Positions 38,221 through 48,159 are shown, counted from the stretch's first letter. The stretch: DNA of 64,000 bases from an uncultured virus (IMG/VR IMGVR_UViG_3300029705_005139) (IMGVR_UViG_3300029705_005139); one strand, 5' to 3'. The notes: generated by a model from the sequence alone, not told the origin. Program-made: numbers and translations.

Positions 38221-39417
38221 TTAGGCAGACTTCATCTGCAGGACCTTAACGGCCTCGGGCAGGATCAGCTTGCCATCGGTACGCTTGGTAGCCAGGAAGC
38301 CGACCTGACCGGTGTCGGCATAACGCTCATTCAGCCGACGGAAGGTGATGCCCTGACGGTCACCGATCCAGTAGTAGGAGAAATCACCGAAAGCCACAGG
38401 CTTGGCACCTGCCTCTGCCAGAGGAGCAAAGGGAGAATGGAAGATGGGCTTACCCAGCAGGGTCTCATGCTCACCTTCATGCAGTGCCTTCTGCCACAGG
38501 TACTGACCGGTCTGATCCTTCAGCTTGCGGATGATTCGCATGGTAGCATCATTCACCAGCCACACCGCGTTGGTGCGGTAAGGTGCATCCAGAGAGTAGA
38601 ACAGATCGATCAGCTCGTCCGCAGTGATGGTGGTAGCGGAAGCAGCGGTAACACCGACCTCTGCATCATTCAGCAGACCGGTGGGCTTGCCTGCGCCGTC
38701 GCCAGTCAGGAAAGCAGCTTCCTCCTTGTTACCGATCCGGCGGGCAAATTCCTCCACGAAATACTGCTCCAGATCAAAGGCAGAGTCGTTCAGCAGTTCC
38801 TCGGAGACCTTGATCAGAGTGCCGACCTTATGGGCACCGATGTACTGCTGACCAAAGACATCATCATCCTCGGGGATGGGGCCTTCCTCCTCAATCCAGG
38901 AGGCAGTACCTCGGGTGGCTACCACGGGGATCTTGTGCTGACCGGATTCCGTGCGGAACACATGAGCCAGGTCACGGACAATGTTACGGGCAGTCAGACC
39001 CTTCACCAGTTCATTGGCAAAGGTATCAGGACACAGGTAGCCGCCCTCGGAGTCCACACCCACCTGCAGAGCATTGCGAACCTCATAGGATACACCATTT
39101 CGGTTACGTACCTGGTTCCAGAAAGCATCCTTGTAAGCATCGGCAGCACGACCAGTCTTTTCGGAAGCCGTGGGAGCGGTTTCGGGCTTGTTGGTCAGAG
39201 GCTTGCTTGTGGGAGCGTTCAGTTCCTTGTCCAGAGCCTCCTGACGTTCCAGACGGGCAATTTCCTTGCCCAGGTCGGCTACGTCCTTCTCCATCTGGGT
39301 ATAGGTGGCATCATCCTCCACGGACAGCTTGCCGTCACTGTTGCGATGGGAATCCAGGAATGCCTTGGCGGCTTCCCATGCCTTGGCGCGCTTAATGCGC
39401 AGTTCGTTGATAGTCAT
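38221..39417 (-). CDS. Major capsid protein, HK97 family
   Basis: Delta-domain coiled coil, GGYL.P, VSEELL.DS, GDG.GKP.G, FGDF. Confidence 0.95.
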   Translation of the reverse strand: MTINELRIKRAKAWEAAKAFLDSHRNSDGKLSVEDDATYTQMEKDVADLGKEIARLERQEALDKELNAPTSKPLTNKPETAPTASEKTGRAADAYKDAFWNQVRNRNGVSYEVRNALQVGVDSEGGYLCPDTFANELVKGLTARNIVRDLAHVFRTESGQHKIPVVATRGTASWIEEEGPIPEDDDVFGQQYIGAHKVGTLIKVSEELLNDSAFDLEQYFVEEFARRIGNKEEAAFLTGDGAGKPTGLLNDAEVGVTAASATTITADELIDLFYSLDAPYRTNAVWLVNDATMRIIRKLKDQTGQYLWQKALHEGEHETLLGKPIFHSPFAPLAEAGAKPVAFGDFSYYWIGDRQGITFRRLNERYADTGQVGFLATKRTDGKLILPEAVKVLQMKSA

Positions 39418-39435
39418 AATGTTTACCTCCAAAAA

Positions 39436-40164
39436 TTAATATTTCATGAGATTCAGGCGATCCATAAGTGCATCCACGGACCGCCCCATGGGTTTCGTGG
39501 GACCAGATTTAGGCAGAGGCTTGGGAACCTTTGCACGAATCTTATTGAGAATGGCATTTTCTACGGACTTGCCGGAAAATGCGTAGGCTGTGGTATCGGT
39601 GCTACGCTTGGCATCCTCCAGAATGCCGTCGGCAAAGCCCATCTCCACAGCCTTGTGGGCATTCATCCAAGTTACATTCTCCATGAGATGGGAGAGTTTG
39701 GCTCGGGAAAGCCCGGTTTTGATTTCATAGGCGTTGATGATGGATTCCTTCACCTCATCCAGCATTTCAATGGTGCGGCGCATATCCTCGTGATCACCAA
39801 ACGCAAAGGTGGCCGGATTGTGGATCATCATCAGCGCGGTAGGTGCCATAAGCACCCTTGTTCCTGCCATAGCAATTACCGACGCTGCAGACGCGGCAAT
39901 GCCGTCAACCTTCACAGTGATATCGCCGGGGTAATCCATGAGCATGGAATAAATCTGGCTGGCAGCAATGCAGTCCCCACCAGGGCTGTTGAGCCAGATG
40001 GTTACGGGGCCAGTGGCGCTAAATAATTCCTCCTTGAACATGGCAGGTGTTACATCATCGTCATACCAGCTGTCTTCTGCGATGGTACCGTTCAGTTCCA
40101 GAACGCGCTCAGACTCGCCGTCTGCTGTTTGGTTTTTCCACTGCCAGAACTTCTTGTTCTTCAC
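39436..40164 (-). CDS. ClpP-like head maturation protease
   Basis: GTG start with RBS AAGGAG; LNSPGGD, AASAAS, MMIHNP. Confidence 0.93.
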   Translation of the reverse strand: MKNKKFWQWKNQTADGESERVLELNGTIAEDSWYDDDVTPAMFKEELFSATGPVTIWLNSPGGDCIAASQIYSMLMDYPGDITVKVDGIAASAASVIAMAGTRVLMAPTALMMIHNPATFAFGDHEDMRRTIEMLDEVKESIINAYEIKTGLSRAKLSHLMENVTWMNAHKAVEMGFADGILEDAKRSTDTTAYAFSGKSVENAILNKIRAKVPKPLPKSGPTKPMGRSVDALMDRLNLMKY

Positions 40165-41422
40165 TGGTTTCGTTCTCCTTTCCTTCCGATGTGATATTTG
40201 CAAAAGCACCCGCATGTTGTAGCGGAAGCATATTGCCATTAATGAGGTACAGATCGCCGCCTTCCTCTGCAGGAATTCGATCCAGATTCTCCAGTTCCCG
40301 GATATCGTTGGCGGACATCCAACCATTTTGGCGACCGATGGCATAGCCGTTCATCCGGCTCTGATAGTCGCCCCGCAGCAGTCCCTCCAGATTGAACTTC
40401 ACAAAATACCGGTTCTTTTCGTCAAAAGACAAAAGAGAGCGTTGGATACTCTGCTCCCACCGAACCACCCAGGGGTCCAGGGTGTATTTCACGAACTCCA
40501 GAGACTGCTGCTCAATATTGGAAAAGCTCGACTTTTCCAGATCACCGACCATGTGGGGCGGCACTCGGAAAATTCGAGCAATTTCGTTGATTTGGAATTT
40601 TCGGGTTTCCAGGAACTGCGCCTGTTCCGGAGAAATGGAAATAGGTGTGTATTTCATGCCTTCTTCCAGAACAGCTACCTTGTTGGAATTGCCGCTACCG
40701 CCGAAAGCGGACTGCCAGCTTTCCCGGACTCTCTGAGGGTCCTTAATGGTACCGGGATGCTCCAGGATGCCGCCGGGAGTGGCACCGTTGGCGAAGAACT
40801 TAGCACCGTATTCCTCACAGGCGATGGCCATACCGATGGCATTCTTCGCCATGGCGATGGGACTGTATCCCACCAGGCCGTCAAAACCAAGACCGGGGAT
40901 ATGAAGCACATCGCTGGGCTGCAGCGTTACCGCGTATTCCTTGCTCTTGATGGCCTCGTCCGGGCCACGGTAGTAGGTGTAGTAGAGATGGCCCTGATCA
41001 TCCCGATCCACACTCATTCGGTTGGGCATAAGCGGATACAAAGCAATGACCTCATTCTTACCGTTGCGGATCACCTGGGCATAGGCATTGCCCCAGAGGA
41101 GCAGATGGGTCATGAGGGTCTCCCGGAATACGAAGGAACTCATTTCCGGGTTGGGTTCGTCATGGAGCAGCCGGTACAGCGGATGGTCGATGGCTTTTTC
41201 CTTGCCGCCGTCTCCGTTATACCGATACAGATGCAGCGGTAACCCGGCTACAGCTTCTGCCAGGATGCGGACACAGGAGTAAACTGCCGTCATCTGCATG
41301 GCCGATCGTTCTGTGACGGTTTTGCCTGCGGTAGTGCCGCCCATAAAAAAGGTGTAGGCACTACCGGTAGTGCGATTTTGGGGCTTGTCTCTGGATTTGA
41401 AGAGACCGGTAAAAAGGCTCAT
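40109..41422 (-). CDS. Portal protein, HK97 family
   Basis: AVYSCV..LA, PN.EM, LL.GNAY, G.SPI, IARIFRVPP. Confidence 0.95.
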   Translation of the reverse strand: MSLFTGLFKSRDKPQNRTTGSAYTFFMGGTTAGKTVTERSAMQMTAVYSCVRILAEAVAGLPLHLYRYNGDGGKEKAIDHPLYRLLHDEPNPEMSSFVFRETLMTHLLLWGNAYAQVIRNGKNEVIALYPLMPNRMSVDRDDQGHLYYTYYRGPDEAIKSKEYAVTLQPSDVLHIPGLGFDGLVGYSPIAMAKNAIGMAIACEEYGAKFFANGATPGGILEHPGTIKDPQRVRESWQSAFGGSGNSNKVAVLEEGMKYTPISISPEQAQFLETRKFQINEIARIFRVPPHMVGDLEKSSFSNIEQQSLEFVKYTLDPWVVRWEQSIQRSLLSFDEKNRYFVKFNLEGLLRGDYQSRMNGYAIGRQNGWMSANDIRELENLDRIPAEEGGDLYLINGNMLPLQHAGAFANITSEGKENETSEEQEVLAVEKPNSRRRV

Positions 41423-41440
41423 TAGAATCCCCCCTAATTT

Positions 41441-43042
41441 TTAGATAAAGAAAATGCCCCGGTCATCGTAGACCGAAGCACCGATATCATTTCCACAGCG
41501 GATCGCCCGGTCAAGGGCCATGATGGTAGCAACGGCACCGTCGATCTTCTCTGTGGATTTTTCTTTGTCCGGCTTGATGTTACCGGCAGGGTCGGTGCGG
41601 ATGAAGATGTTGTCCATCATCCACCGCAGTACCGGGTGTCCACCGTGGGCGATCCGCTCCTCCAGCACCAGTTTCATCAATTCCTTGGTGGGCGGAGACA
41701 TATCCTTGAAGCCCTGCCCGAAGGGCACCACCGTAAAGCCCATGCCTTCCAGGTTCTGCACCATCTGCACAGCACCCCAACGGTCAAAGGCGATTTCACG
41801 GATATTGAACCGTTCACCGAGCCTTTCGATGAACCGCTCAATGTAGCCATAGTGGACTACATTGCCCTCGGTGGTTTGCAGGAATCCCTGCCGCTCCCAC
41901 ACATCATAGGGCACATGATCCCGGCGGACACGCAGATCCAGGTTGTCCTCCGGAATCCAGAAGTACGGCAGAATGACGTATTTGTCATCTTCATCACCGG
42001 GCGGGAATACCAACACAAATGCCGTGATGTCCGTTGTGCTGGAAAGGTCAAGGCCACCGTAACAGACCCGGCCTTCCAGATCCTCCTCGGAAACGGCCAG
42101 AGAGCATTTGTCCCACAGATGCATCGGCATCCAGCGGATCGCCTGTTTGACCCACTGGTTCAAACGAAGTTGCCGGAAGGCGTTCTCCTCACCGGGATTC
42201 TGCTTGGCAGACTCACAGGCATCTCTGACCTTATCGATGCCCACTGTGATGCCCAGAGAGGGATTGGCCTTCTTCCAGATTTTAGGATCTGTCCAATCGT
42301 CCGCTTCATCCGCGCCGTAGATCACCGGGTAAAAGGTGTGGTCAATTTTTCTGCCTTCGATGATGTCTTTTGCTTTCTGATGGATCTCGTAGCAGATGGA
42401 TTTGGTATCGTTGCCCGCCGTAGTGATCAGGAAGTAAAGGGGCTGCATACGGGCATCACCGGAGCCTTTGGTCATAACATCAAACAGTTTCCGGTTCGGC
42501 TGGGTATGTAGCTCATCAAAAACAACACCATGGGTGTTGAAACCATGCTTGTTGCCGACGTCAGCGGAAAGCACCTGGTAGATACTGCCCGTTGGCTGAT
42601 AAATCAGCCGTTTCTGGGAATCTAGGATTTTTACTCGTTTGGAGAGTGCCGGACACATACGAACCATATCCGCAGCCACATTGAATACGATGGATGCCTG
42701 CTGGCGATCTGCTGCACAGCCATATACCTCCGCGCGTTCTTCGCCGTCGCCGCAGGTCAAAAGCAGTGCCACCGCAGCCGCCAGTTCCGATTTGCCCTGT
42801 TTCTTAGGGATTTCGATATAGGCCGTATTGAACTGCCGGTAACCGTTGGATTTCAGAGTTCCAAAAATATCCCGGATGATCTGCTCTTGCCAGTCAATCA
42901 GTTCAAAAGGCTTTCTTGCCCAGGTTCCTTTTGTATGGCACAGACTTTCGATAAAGGCTACCGCATAATCGGCAGCGTTCTTATCGTAGTAGGAGCCCTT
43001 CGCTAGGAATCTGGTAGGCTTGTACTTTTTCAGTTTCCGGAT
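41441..43042 (-). CDS. Terminase large subunit (non-canonical ATC start)
   Basis: Frame stays open upstream of the listed ORF and includes Walker A IPKKQGKS; DELH, GLDLS, KIDG; RBS AGGAGG precedes ATC at 43042. Confidence 0.9.
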   Translation of the reverse strand: MRKLKKYKPTRFLAKGSYYDKNAADYAVAFIESLCHTKGTWARKPFELIDWQEQIIRDIFGTLKSNGYRQFNTAYIEIPKKQGKSELAAAVALLLTCGDGEERAEVYGCAADRQQASIVFNVAADMVRMCPALSKRVKILDSQKRLIYQPTGSIYQVLSADVGNKHGFNTHGVVFDELHTQPNRKLFDVMTKGSGDARMQPLYFLITTAGNDTKSICYEIHQKAKDIIEGRKIDHTFYPVIYGADEADDWTDPKIWKKANPSLGITVGIDKVRDACESAKQNPGEENAFRQLRLNQWVKQAIRWMPMHLWDKCSLAVSEEDLEGRVCYGGLDLSSTTDITAFVLVFPPGDEDDKYVILPYFWIPEDNLDLRVRRDHVPYDVWERQGFLQTTEGNVVHYGYIERFIERLGERFNIREIAFDRWGAVQMVQNLEGMGFTVVPFGQGFKDMSPPTKELMKLVLEERIAHGGHPVLRWMMDNIFIRTDPAGNIKPDKEKSTEKIDGAVATIMALDRAIRCGNDIGASVYDDRGIFFI

Positions 43043-43172
43043 ATGCGGTCACCTCCTAAAAATGGGCATAAGAAAAGACCCACGAATGGGTCTGAAAAAC
43101 ATATAAATTTATAAATTATTATTGGTAATAACGAGGAAAAGAGCCTCACGGCCCTTTCCCCGGCAAGGGGCA

Positions 43173-43397
43173 TCAGTTTTCGCTGTAGAGCAGGATTGCC
43201 AGTGCCTTGGCGGTATCTTCATCCATCGGCTCTCTATCCCATTCCCGGTCATAGTTGCATACCGTTTCACCGTTACGGGTGATGGTTAGTTTGCTGATTC
43301 GACCACCGTCGATTCCGTACCGGGAGGGTTCGTCATAAACCTTCATAAGGTAGCGGTAGCCGCAACCGTTGATAATGATCAGGCCTTCTTTCTTCAT
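43173..43397 (-). CDS. Small phage protein
   Basis: KVYDEPS.YGI..GRISKL.I.....NYDR.WD. Confidence 0.75.
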   Translation of the reverse strand: MKKEGLIIINGCGYRYLMKVYDEPSRYGIDGGRISKLTITRNGETVCNYDREWDREPMDEDTAKALAILLYSEN

Positions 43398-43409
43398 GTT
43401 GCTACCCCC

Positions 43410-43730
43410 TTATGCTTTCAGCACATCGACCAGCCAACTGGCTTCCTTGTGTGCGATGCCGGTTGCCTTCTCAACAATCTCATGGTCTTCTTCGATGTAG
43501 TGCAGGCCCTTACCAACCTTAACAAACCGAGCGTCCTCGTAACCGGGAACATTGGTTCGGTAAACATATGCGTTACGACTTTCGCCGTCGTAGGACTTGC
43601 CATCCCAACCGTTAAAAGTGAAGGTGATCCGCTCCTTGGTCTTGGTGAAGTTGCTTTCAAAGGTGTGGCGGCTAATTGCAATGCGGTCGATCAGCTTGAA
43701 TTCATCTCTCAGGCTCCAGATGTTTTTCAT
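43410..43730 (-). CDS. Hypothetical phage protein
   Basis: RBS GGAGG; own promoter upstream. Confidence 0.75.
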   Translation of the reverse strand: MKNIWSLRDEFKLIDRIAISRHTFESNFTKTKERITFTFNGWDGKSYDGESRNAYVYRTNVPGYEDARFVKVGKGLHYIEEDHEIVEKATGIAHKEASWLVDVLKA

Positions 43731-43856
43731 GGTGTTTTCCTCCGTAAAAATGTGTATTTCCCTTTGGGTGCTGTGATATTACCTCTGAATACACATAATA
43801 GCAAGTTATATCAGAGGCATAAACTACACAATGTTTTGGGGAGAATACTGTGGTAT

Positions 43857-44129
43857 TTACGGTACTTTAAGCACGGAAAGGATAATTTGCGCACCGAGCC
43901 GAAACCCGGTTTTGAAGTTGTCGCAGCAGTAGAGCAGTTCCATGTCGGCATGGTCAGCAAGCAACCGGTCCAATAATGCCTTGGACTCTTCATCCAACCG
44001 TTCCTCCAGCTGATCGCTCACCTGGGCCATCCGTTTGTTGAGTTGCTTGAATGCCTCGGTTTCTTCCGGGCGATTCTCCCATGGGATAATCTCACCGTGG
44101 AACAGCCGATCCAAAATATCCCCGGCCAT
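43857..44129 (-). CDS. Small helical phage protein (DUF6809-like)
   Basis: IL..LF.GEI.PWE...F..GFRLGA; TGATG coupling. Confidence 0.7.
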   Translation of the reverse strand: MAGDILDRLFHGEIIPWENRPEETEAFKQLNKRMAQVSDQLEERLDEESKALLDRLLADHADMELLYCCDNFKTGFRLGAQIILSVLKVP

Positions 44130-44359
44130 CACTCTGCCACCTTTCTGCAGGAATCCACACCGTAGGCAACACCCAGACTGGAACCACAGTCCCACTGCAC
44201 ATGGATCGTGCCGATGGAGTCAACCGCCACAACGGTACCACGGCAGCCGGGAACCAGCTTCCGGTTGTAAGGATCATCCATATGGACCAATTCAACCCGT
44301 GTTCCCCGAGGGTAACGCTCACGAAGGGCCTGTAAGGCCTCTTTGGAAATCATCCGCAT
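44129..44359 (-). CDS. DUF4314-like protein
   Basis: YP.GTRVEL..MDDP....G..GTV..VD..GTIHV.WD.GS.L. Confidence 0.85.
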   Translation of the reverse strand: MRMISKEALQALRERYPRGTRVELVHMDDPYNRKLVPGCRGTVVAVDSIGTIHVQWDCGSSLGVAYGVDSCRKVAE

Positions 44360-45084
44360 ACTTCTGCCTCCTTTCCCTTGGAATCGGACTTGAAGGCGGA
44401 ACTGCCGGTGAAGTTCCGCAGGAGGATCTTCCGGGCGGCCTTGTACTCGTCACCGATGAAGCCCAACCGCAGCAGGAAACAGCGGAACGCATACTTTTCG
44501 TTGTCAGCATCCTTGCTCTTGGCATTGACCCGTTTCTGATTCCGGGCCATATCGCACAGCTTGCAAATGAAGGTGTCGTAGGCATTGGTTTCTTCCGGTG
44601 TGGGGATGCCGGGGAACCAGGGGAAGCTAACCTTGTGGTCAGTAATTTCAATGGGCAGTTCCGGAACACCCAGTGCCTTTCGGATCAGATCTCCTTTGGC
44701 AGCAACGATGGCCTTGAGGTTTTCCAGGTTGCCGTCGGTAAACAGGCTGCGGGGCATGGAAATGCAAATACCGTGGAAATCAGTATCCGAGGATTCCTCG
44801 GTAACTCCTTCATCTTCCATGTCCGGCTCCAGCTGGGGATTGTCATAGGTGTGGGAAACGCACGCATGGCCGTTTTCTGCCAGTTTTTCCTTGATGGCAT
44901 CCACCCAGTCGGGAGCGGCATTGTCATCGATGTCCAGAACACCGTTCCTGTCGATGATAATGCAGTCCACCTGGTAGCTGAACCCGGGTGCGCCCAAGTA
45001 TTTGGAGGGAGCGTTGAGGATTTCGCTGAGTAGCCGTACCAGATTCTTGCGGTCGCCGCCGGTGCAATTGTAGTCGAGTTTCAT
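44350..45084 (-). CDS. Conserved phage protein (often called virulence-related)
   Basis: RK.LV, YLGAP, V.FPWF, NEKYAFRCFLLRLGFIG.EYK..RK.LL.N..G.SAF. Confidence 0.8.
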   Translation of the reverse strand: MKLDYNCTGGDRKNLVRLLSEILNAPSKYLGAPGFSYQVDCIIIDRNGVLDIDDNAAPDWVDAIKEKLAENGHACVSHTYDNPQLEPDMEDEGVTEESSDTDFHGICISMPRSLFTDGNLENLKAIVAAKGDLIRKALGVPELPIEITDHKVSFPWFPGIPTPEETNAYDTFICKLCDMARNQKRVNAKSKDADNEKYAFRCFLLRLGFIGDEYKAARKILLRNFTGSSAFKSDSKGKEAEVCG

Positions 45085-45185
45085 TTGGGAACCTCCTGGA
45101 AATGTAATTATCCCTTTCGGGTAGTACACATATTCGCTCTACATCCCCATAATAGCAACTTGTTTCTCGGACAAATCCCGTAGAA

Positions 45186-46922
45186 TTATGTGCCGTCAGA
45201 TTGTGTATTGAACACAATACCGGCCAGCACAAAGAATACGCAGGGCAAAGCCACACCGTTGCCCCACATCTTGTACTCAGCGGCATCCGAATGAGGATCT
45301 CGCAACCATTTGGTGATCTGCCGGATGGACTTAGCCTTGGAGGAGGTACCCGTAACCTTCCGGTGGGTTTCAAAGACATCGTACCAGAAACGAATATCGT
45401 CCATAGTCGGATCGTCCGTGCCAAGGCCGGCACACCACCAGTCCGGGAATCCCTGCAGTCTGGCGCACTCTGTGGGAGTAAGTCTCCGGACGGAATAATT
45501 GGGATCATTACCGTCATTGATGAGTGGCGGGTCCTTGTAGTCCGTGGCAACCAGCGTGTTTGCAGCCTCCTGCACCACATTCAAAAAGAATGTGGATTTG
45601 CTGGCACTGTAGGTTGGTGCGGCCACCGCACCGGGGCCTTTCGATACCAGCGTAGGCTGCAGTTCTTCTTCCACGGCGATATTGTACTTTGCGTTTTTTC
45701 CCTGATTGAAAGCGGCTCTGTCAATGCCGTAGGAAACCACCGCGATACCGCCCTGGTGGCAGATAGGATTTCCACCGTTGCCATCGATGGTACGGGTTAC
45801 CTTCGCTTCGTAAAATCCCACATTGGGATTGTCGGATTTCATGCCCCGGCTATCCATGGAACAGATACCGAATGCTTTCGGCAGATTATCGTTCTCCCGG
45901 ATCACAAACGGCTGATTGTTTCCTCCGGTGCCATAAGTGGCGGCCACGGTAGGTGCAACTTCCAGGGGACCCACATACCGGGTGTCCTGACTGTGATTTT
46001 CATAAACCATTGCCGGTGTATCCAGAATCACCGGAGGATGGTGTGCTTCTGCCCGGAGTGTGCAGGTAACCTCATGGGTCACATCCATACGGTTGCCTCC
46101 TTGGTCATTCAAAACGACACCGTTTCTTCCGGTAGACATTCCACAATTCACACCAAGGGTAGCCGCGACAGGAGAAACGGTGCCGTTGTATCCGTCTATG
46201 CCAAGGACTGTCGTTCCAGCGCAAGTCTCAACACCTCCGGAAGTTCTTTGCCACGCGCGGAAGCCCTCCGCAGAATACCGCGACAGGCCTTCGGACTCAA
46301 ATAATACTTTTCCGGCACATTGACCTGTAAGGTCGCCGACAAGGAAGATGCGTTTTCTGCGTTGGGCCAGGCCCCAATATTGCGCGTCAAGAGTTCTGTA
46401 CGCAACGCTCCATCCGTCTCCCATGTAAACATCGGACTGGGGCCATTTGTTTTTCTCAGGCATAGGCACTGGGGGACAATCCTGGACGATGCCGATGACC
46501 GCGTTGAGGACTGCCTGGAAGTCCCGTCCGGCATTCGAAGAGAATGCGCCGGGGACATTTTCCCAACAGATCCATCGTGGGTATTTGCCATTGGTGGCAC
46601 ACCTCATTTCTTTTATGATTCGGATGGCTTCAAAAAACAGACTGGACTGTTTTCCGTCAAGGCCTTCCCGGCGACCGGCCACAGAAAGATTGGTGCAGGG
46701 TGACCCGAAGGTAATAATGTCCACCGGCTCGATCCTGCCGCCATCCATGGCAGTGATGTCGCCGTAATGTTTCATGAAAGGCAGTCGCCTGGTAGTGACC
46801 CGAATGGGAAACGGTTCGATTTCCGATGCCCACACAGGAGTGATTCCGGAGAGAAGGCCTGCCAAAGGAAATCCCCCGGAGCCGTCAAAGAGGCTTCCGA
46901 GGGTCAGTTTTGTATTACTCAT
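45186..46922 (-). CDS. DNA (cytosine-5) methyltransferase, multi-TRD
   Basis: SLFDGSGG, GSPC, ENVPG, QRRKR, RRLTPTECARLQGFP, YKMWGNGV. Confidence 0.95.
   Translation of the reverse strand: MSNTKLTLGSLFDGSGGFPLAGLLSGITPVWASEIEPFPIRVTTRRLPFMKHYGDITAMDGGRIEPVDIITFGSPCTNLSVAGRREGLDGKQSSLFFEAIRIIKEMRCATNGKYPRWICWENVPGAFSSNAGRDFQAVLNAVIGIVQDCPPVPMPEKNKWPQSDVYMGDGWSVAYRTLDAQYWGLAQRRKRIFLVGDLTGQCAGKVLFESEGLSRYSAEGFRAWQRTSGGVETCAGTTVLGIDGYNGTVSPVAATLGVNCGMSTGRNGVVLNDQGGNRMDVTHEVTCTLRAEAHHPPVILDTPAMVYENHSQDTRYVGPLEVAPTVAATYGTGGNNQPFVIRENDNLPKAFGICSMDSRGMKSDNPNVGFYEAKVTRTIDGNGGNPICHQGGIAVVSYGIDRAAFNQGKNAKYNIAVEEELQPTLVSKGPGAVAAPTYSASKSTFFLNVVQEAANTLVATDYKDPPLINDGNDPNYSVRRLTPTECARLQGFPDWWCAGLGTDDPTMDDIRFWYDVFETHRKVTGTSSKAKSIRQITKWLRDPHSDAAEYKMWGNGVALPCVFFVLAGIVFNTQSDGT
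46196..46591 (-). CDS. Nested out-of-frame ORF, putative beta subunit of the C5 methyltransferase
   Basis: GAGGTG RBS 8 nt before ATG 46591; SSLSATLQ..VPEKYYLSPKACRGILRRA..RGKELP..L..AL. Confidence 0.7.
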   Translation of the reverse strand: MANTHDGSVGKMSPAHSLRMPDGTSRQSSTRSSASSRIVPQCLCLRKTNGPSPMFTWETDGALRTELLTRNIGAWPNAENASSLSATLQVNVPEKYYLSPKACRGILRRASARGKELPEVLRLALERQSLA

Positions 46923-48159
46923 TGGTATCCTCCAGTGCTGTAATCTCAGCATAGGAAAAGGATACACCGTCCCGCTGCACGGTCACACCGGCATCACTGC
47001 CTACCTGCTCGATGTACCGCTTTACGATAACATCGCAGAATTTTTCGTCCAGTTCGATGGTATAGCAAATGCGGTCGGTCTGCTCACAGGCAATCAGGGT
47101 GGAGCCGGAACCGCCGAAGGGGTCCAGTACCAGACAGTTGGTCATGGAAGAATTCATGATGGGGTATGCCAACAGCGGAATGGGTTTCATGGTAGGATGG
47201 TCACCATTTTTCCTGGGTTTATCGAATTCCCAGATGGTGGTTTCCTTCCGACCTGTGTACCACTGATGCTTTCCGTTTTTCTTCCAACCATACAGACAAG
47301 GCTCATGCTGCCACTGATAGGGCGACCGGCCCAGCACCAGAGACTGTTTTTTCCAGATACAGCACCCGGACAAATAGAATCCCGCATCGACAAATGCCCT
47401 GCGGAAATTCAGACCCTCAGTGTCTGCGTGGAACACATAGATAGATGCGTCATCCGCCATGGCAGAATGCATCTGGGTGTAGGCATCCAGCAGGAACTGA
47501 TAGAAGGCATCGTTGGCCATATTGTCATTTTTAATCTTACCGGCAGAACCTTCGTAATTGACATTGTAGGGAGGGTCGGTAATGACCAGGTTGACCTTCT
47601 TGCCATCGAGCAGCTGCTCGTAGGTTTCCGCTTTGGTGCTGTCACCGCAGATCAGACGGTGCCGCCCCAGGGTCCAGATGTCTCCGGATTTCGTAATAGT
47701 TGGCTTTTCCAGTTCCGCATCCACATCAAAGTCATCTTCCTTGACACCATCCTTGAGGGTGTCTTTGAAAAGATCATCGATTTCCGCAGGGTCAAAGCCC
47801 GTGAGGGAAACATCGAAATCGGCACCCTGCAGGTCAGCGATCAGCAGAGACAGCTTGTCCTTATCCCAGTCGCCGCTGATCTTGTTCAGCGCCACATTCA
47901 GTGCCTTTTCCTTTTCCTCAGACAGATCCACCACGACACAGTCCACCTGGGAATGTCCCATATCAATCAGCACCTTCAGCCGCTGGTGACCACCCACAAC
48001 CCTGCCGGTTGCCTTGTTCCAGATGACCGGCTCCACATAACCGAACTGTTCAATGGAGCGTTTCAGCTTTTCGTATTCCAGATCACCGGGTTTCAGATCC
48101 TTACGGGGATTGTAGTCAGCAGGCAGAAGATCTGCCGTATTTTTCTTTTCAATTACCAT
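46915..48159 (-). CDS. ParB-domain N4/N6 DNA methyltransferase
   Basis: YNPR..GGHQR (ParB); TDPPY, HPTMKP, LDPFGGSGST. Confidence 0.93.
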   Translation of the reverse strand: MVIEKKNTADLLPADYNPRKDLKPGDLEYEKLKRSIEQFGYVEPVIWNKATGRVVGGHQRLKVLIDMGHSQVDCVVVDLSEEKEKALNVALNKISGDWDKDKLSLLIADLQGADFDVSLTGFDPAEIDDLFKDTLKDGVKEDDFDVDAELEKPTITKSGDIWTLGRHRLICGDSTKAETYEQLLDGKKVNLVITDPPYNVNYEGSAGKIKNDNMANDAFYQFLLDAYTQMHSAMADDASIYVFHADTEGLNFRRAFVDAGFYLSGCCIWKKQSLVLGRSPYQWQHEPCLYGWKKNGKHQWYTGRKETTIWEFDKPRKNGDHPTMKPIPLLAYPIMNSSMTNCLVLDPFGGSGSTLIACEQTDRICYTIELDEKFCDVIVKRYIEQVGSDAGVTVQRDGVSFSYAEITALEDTNE

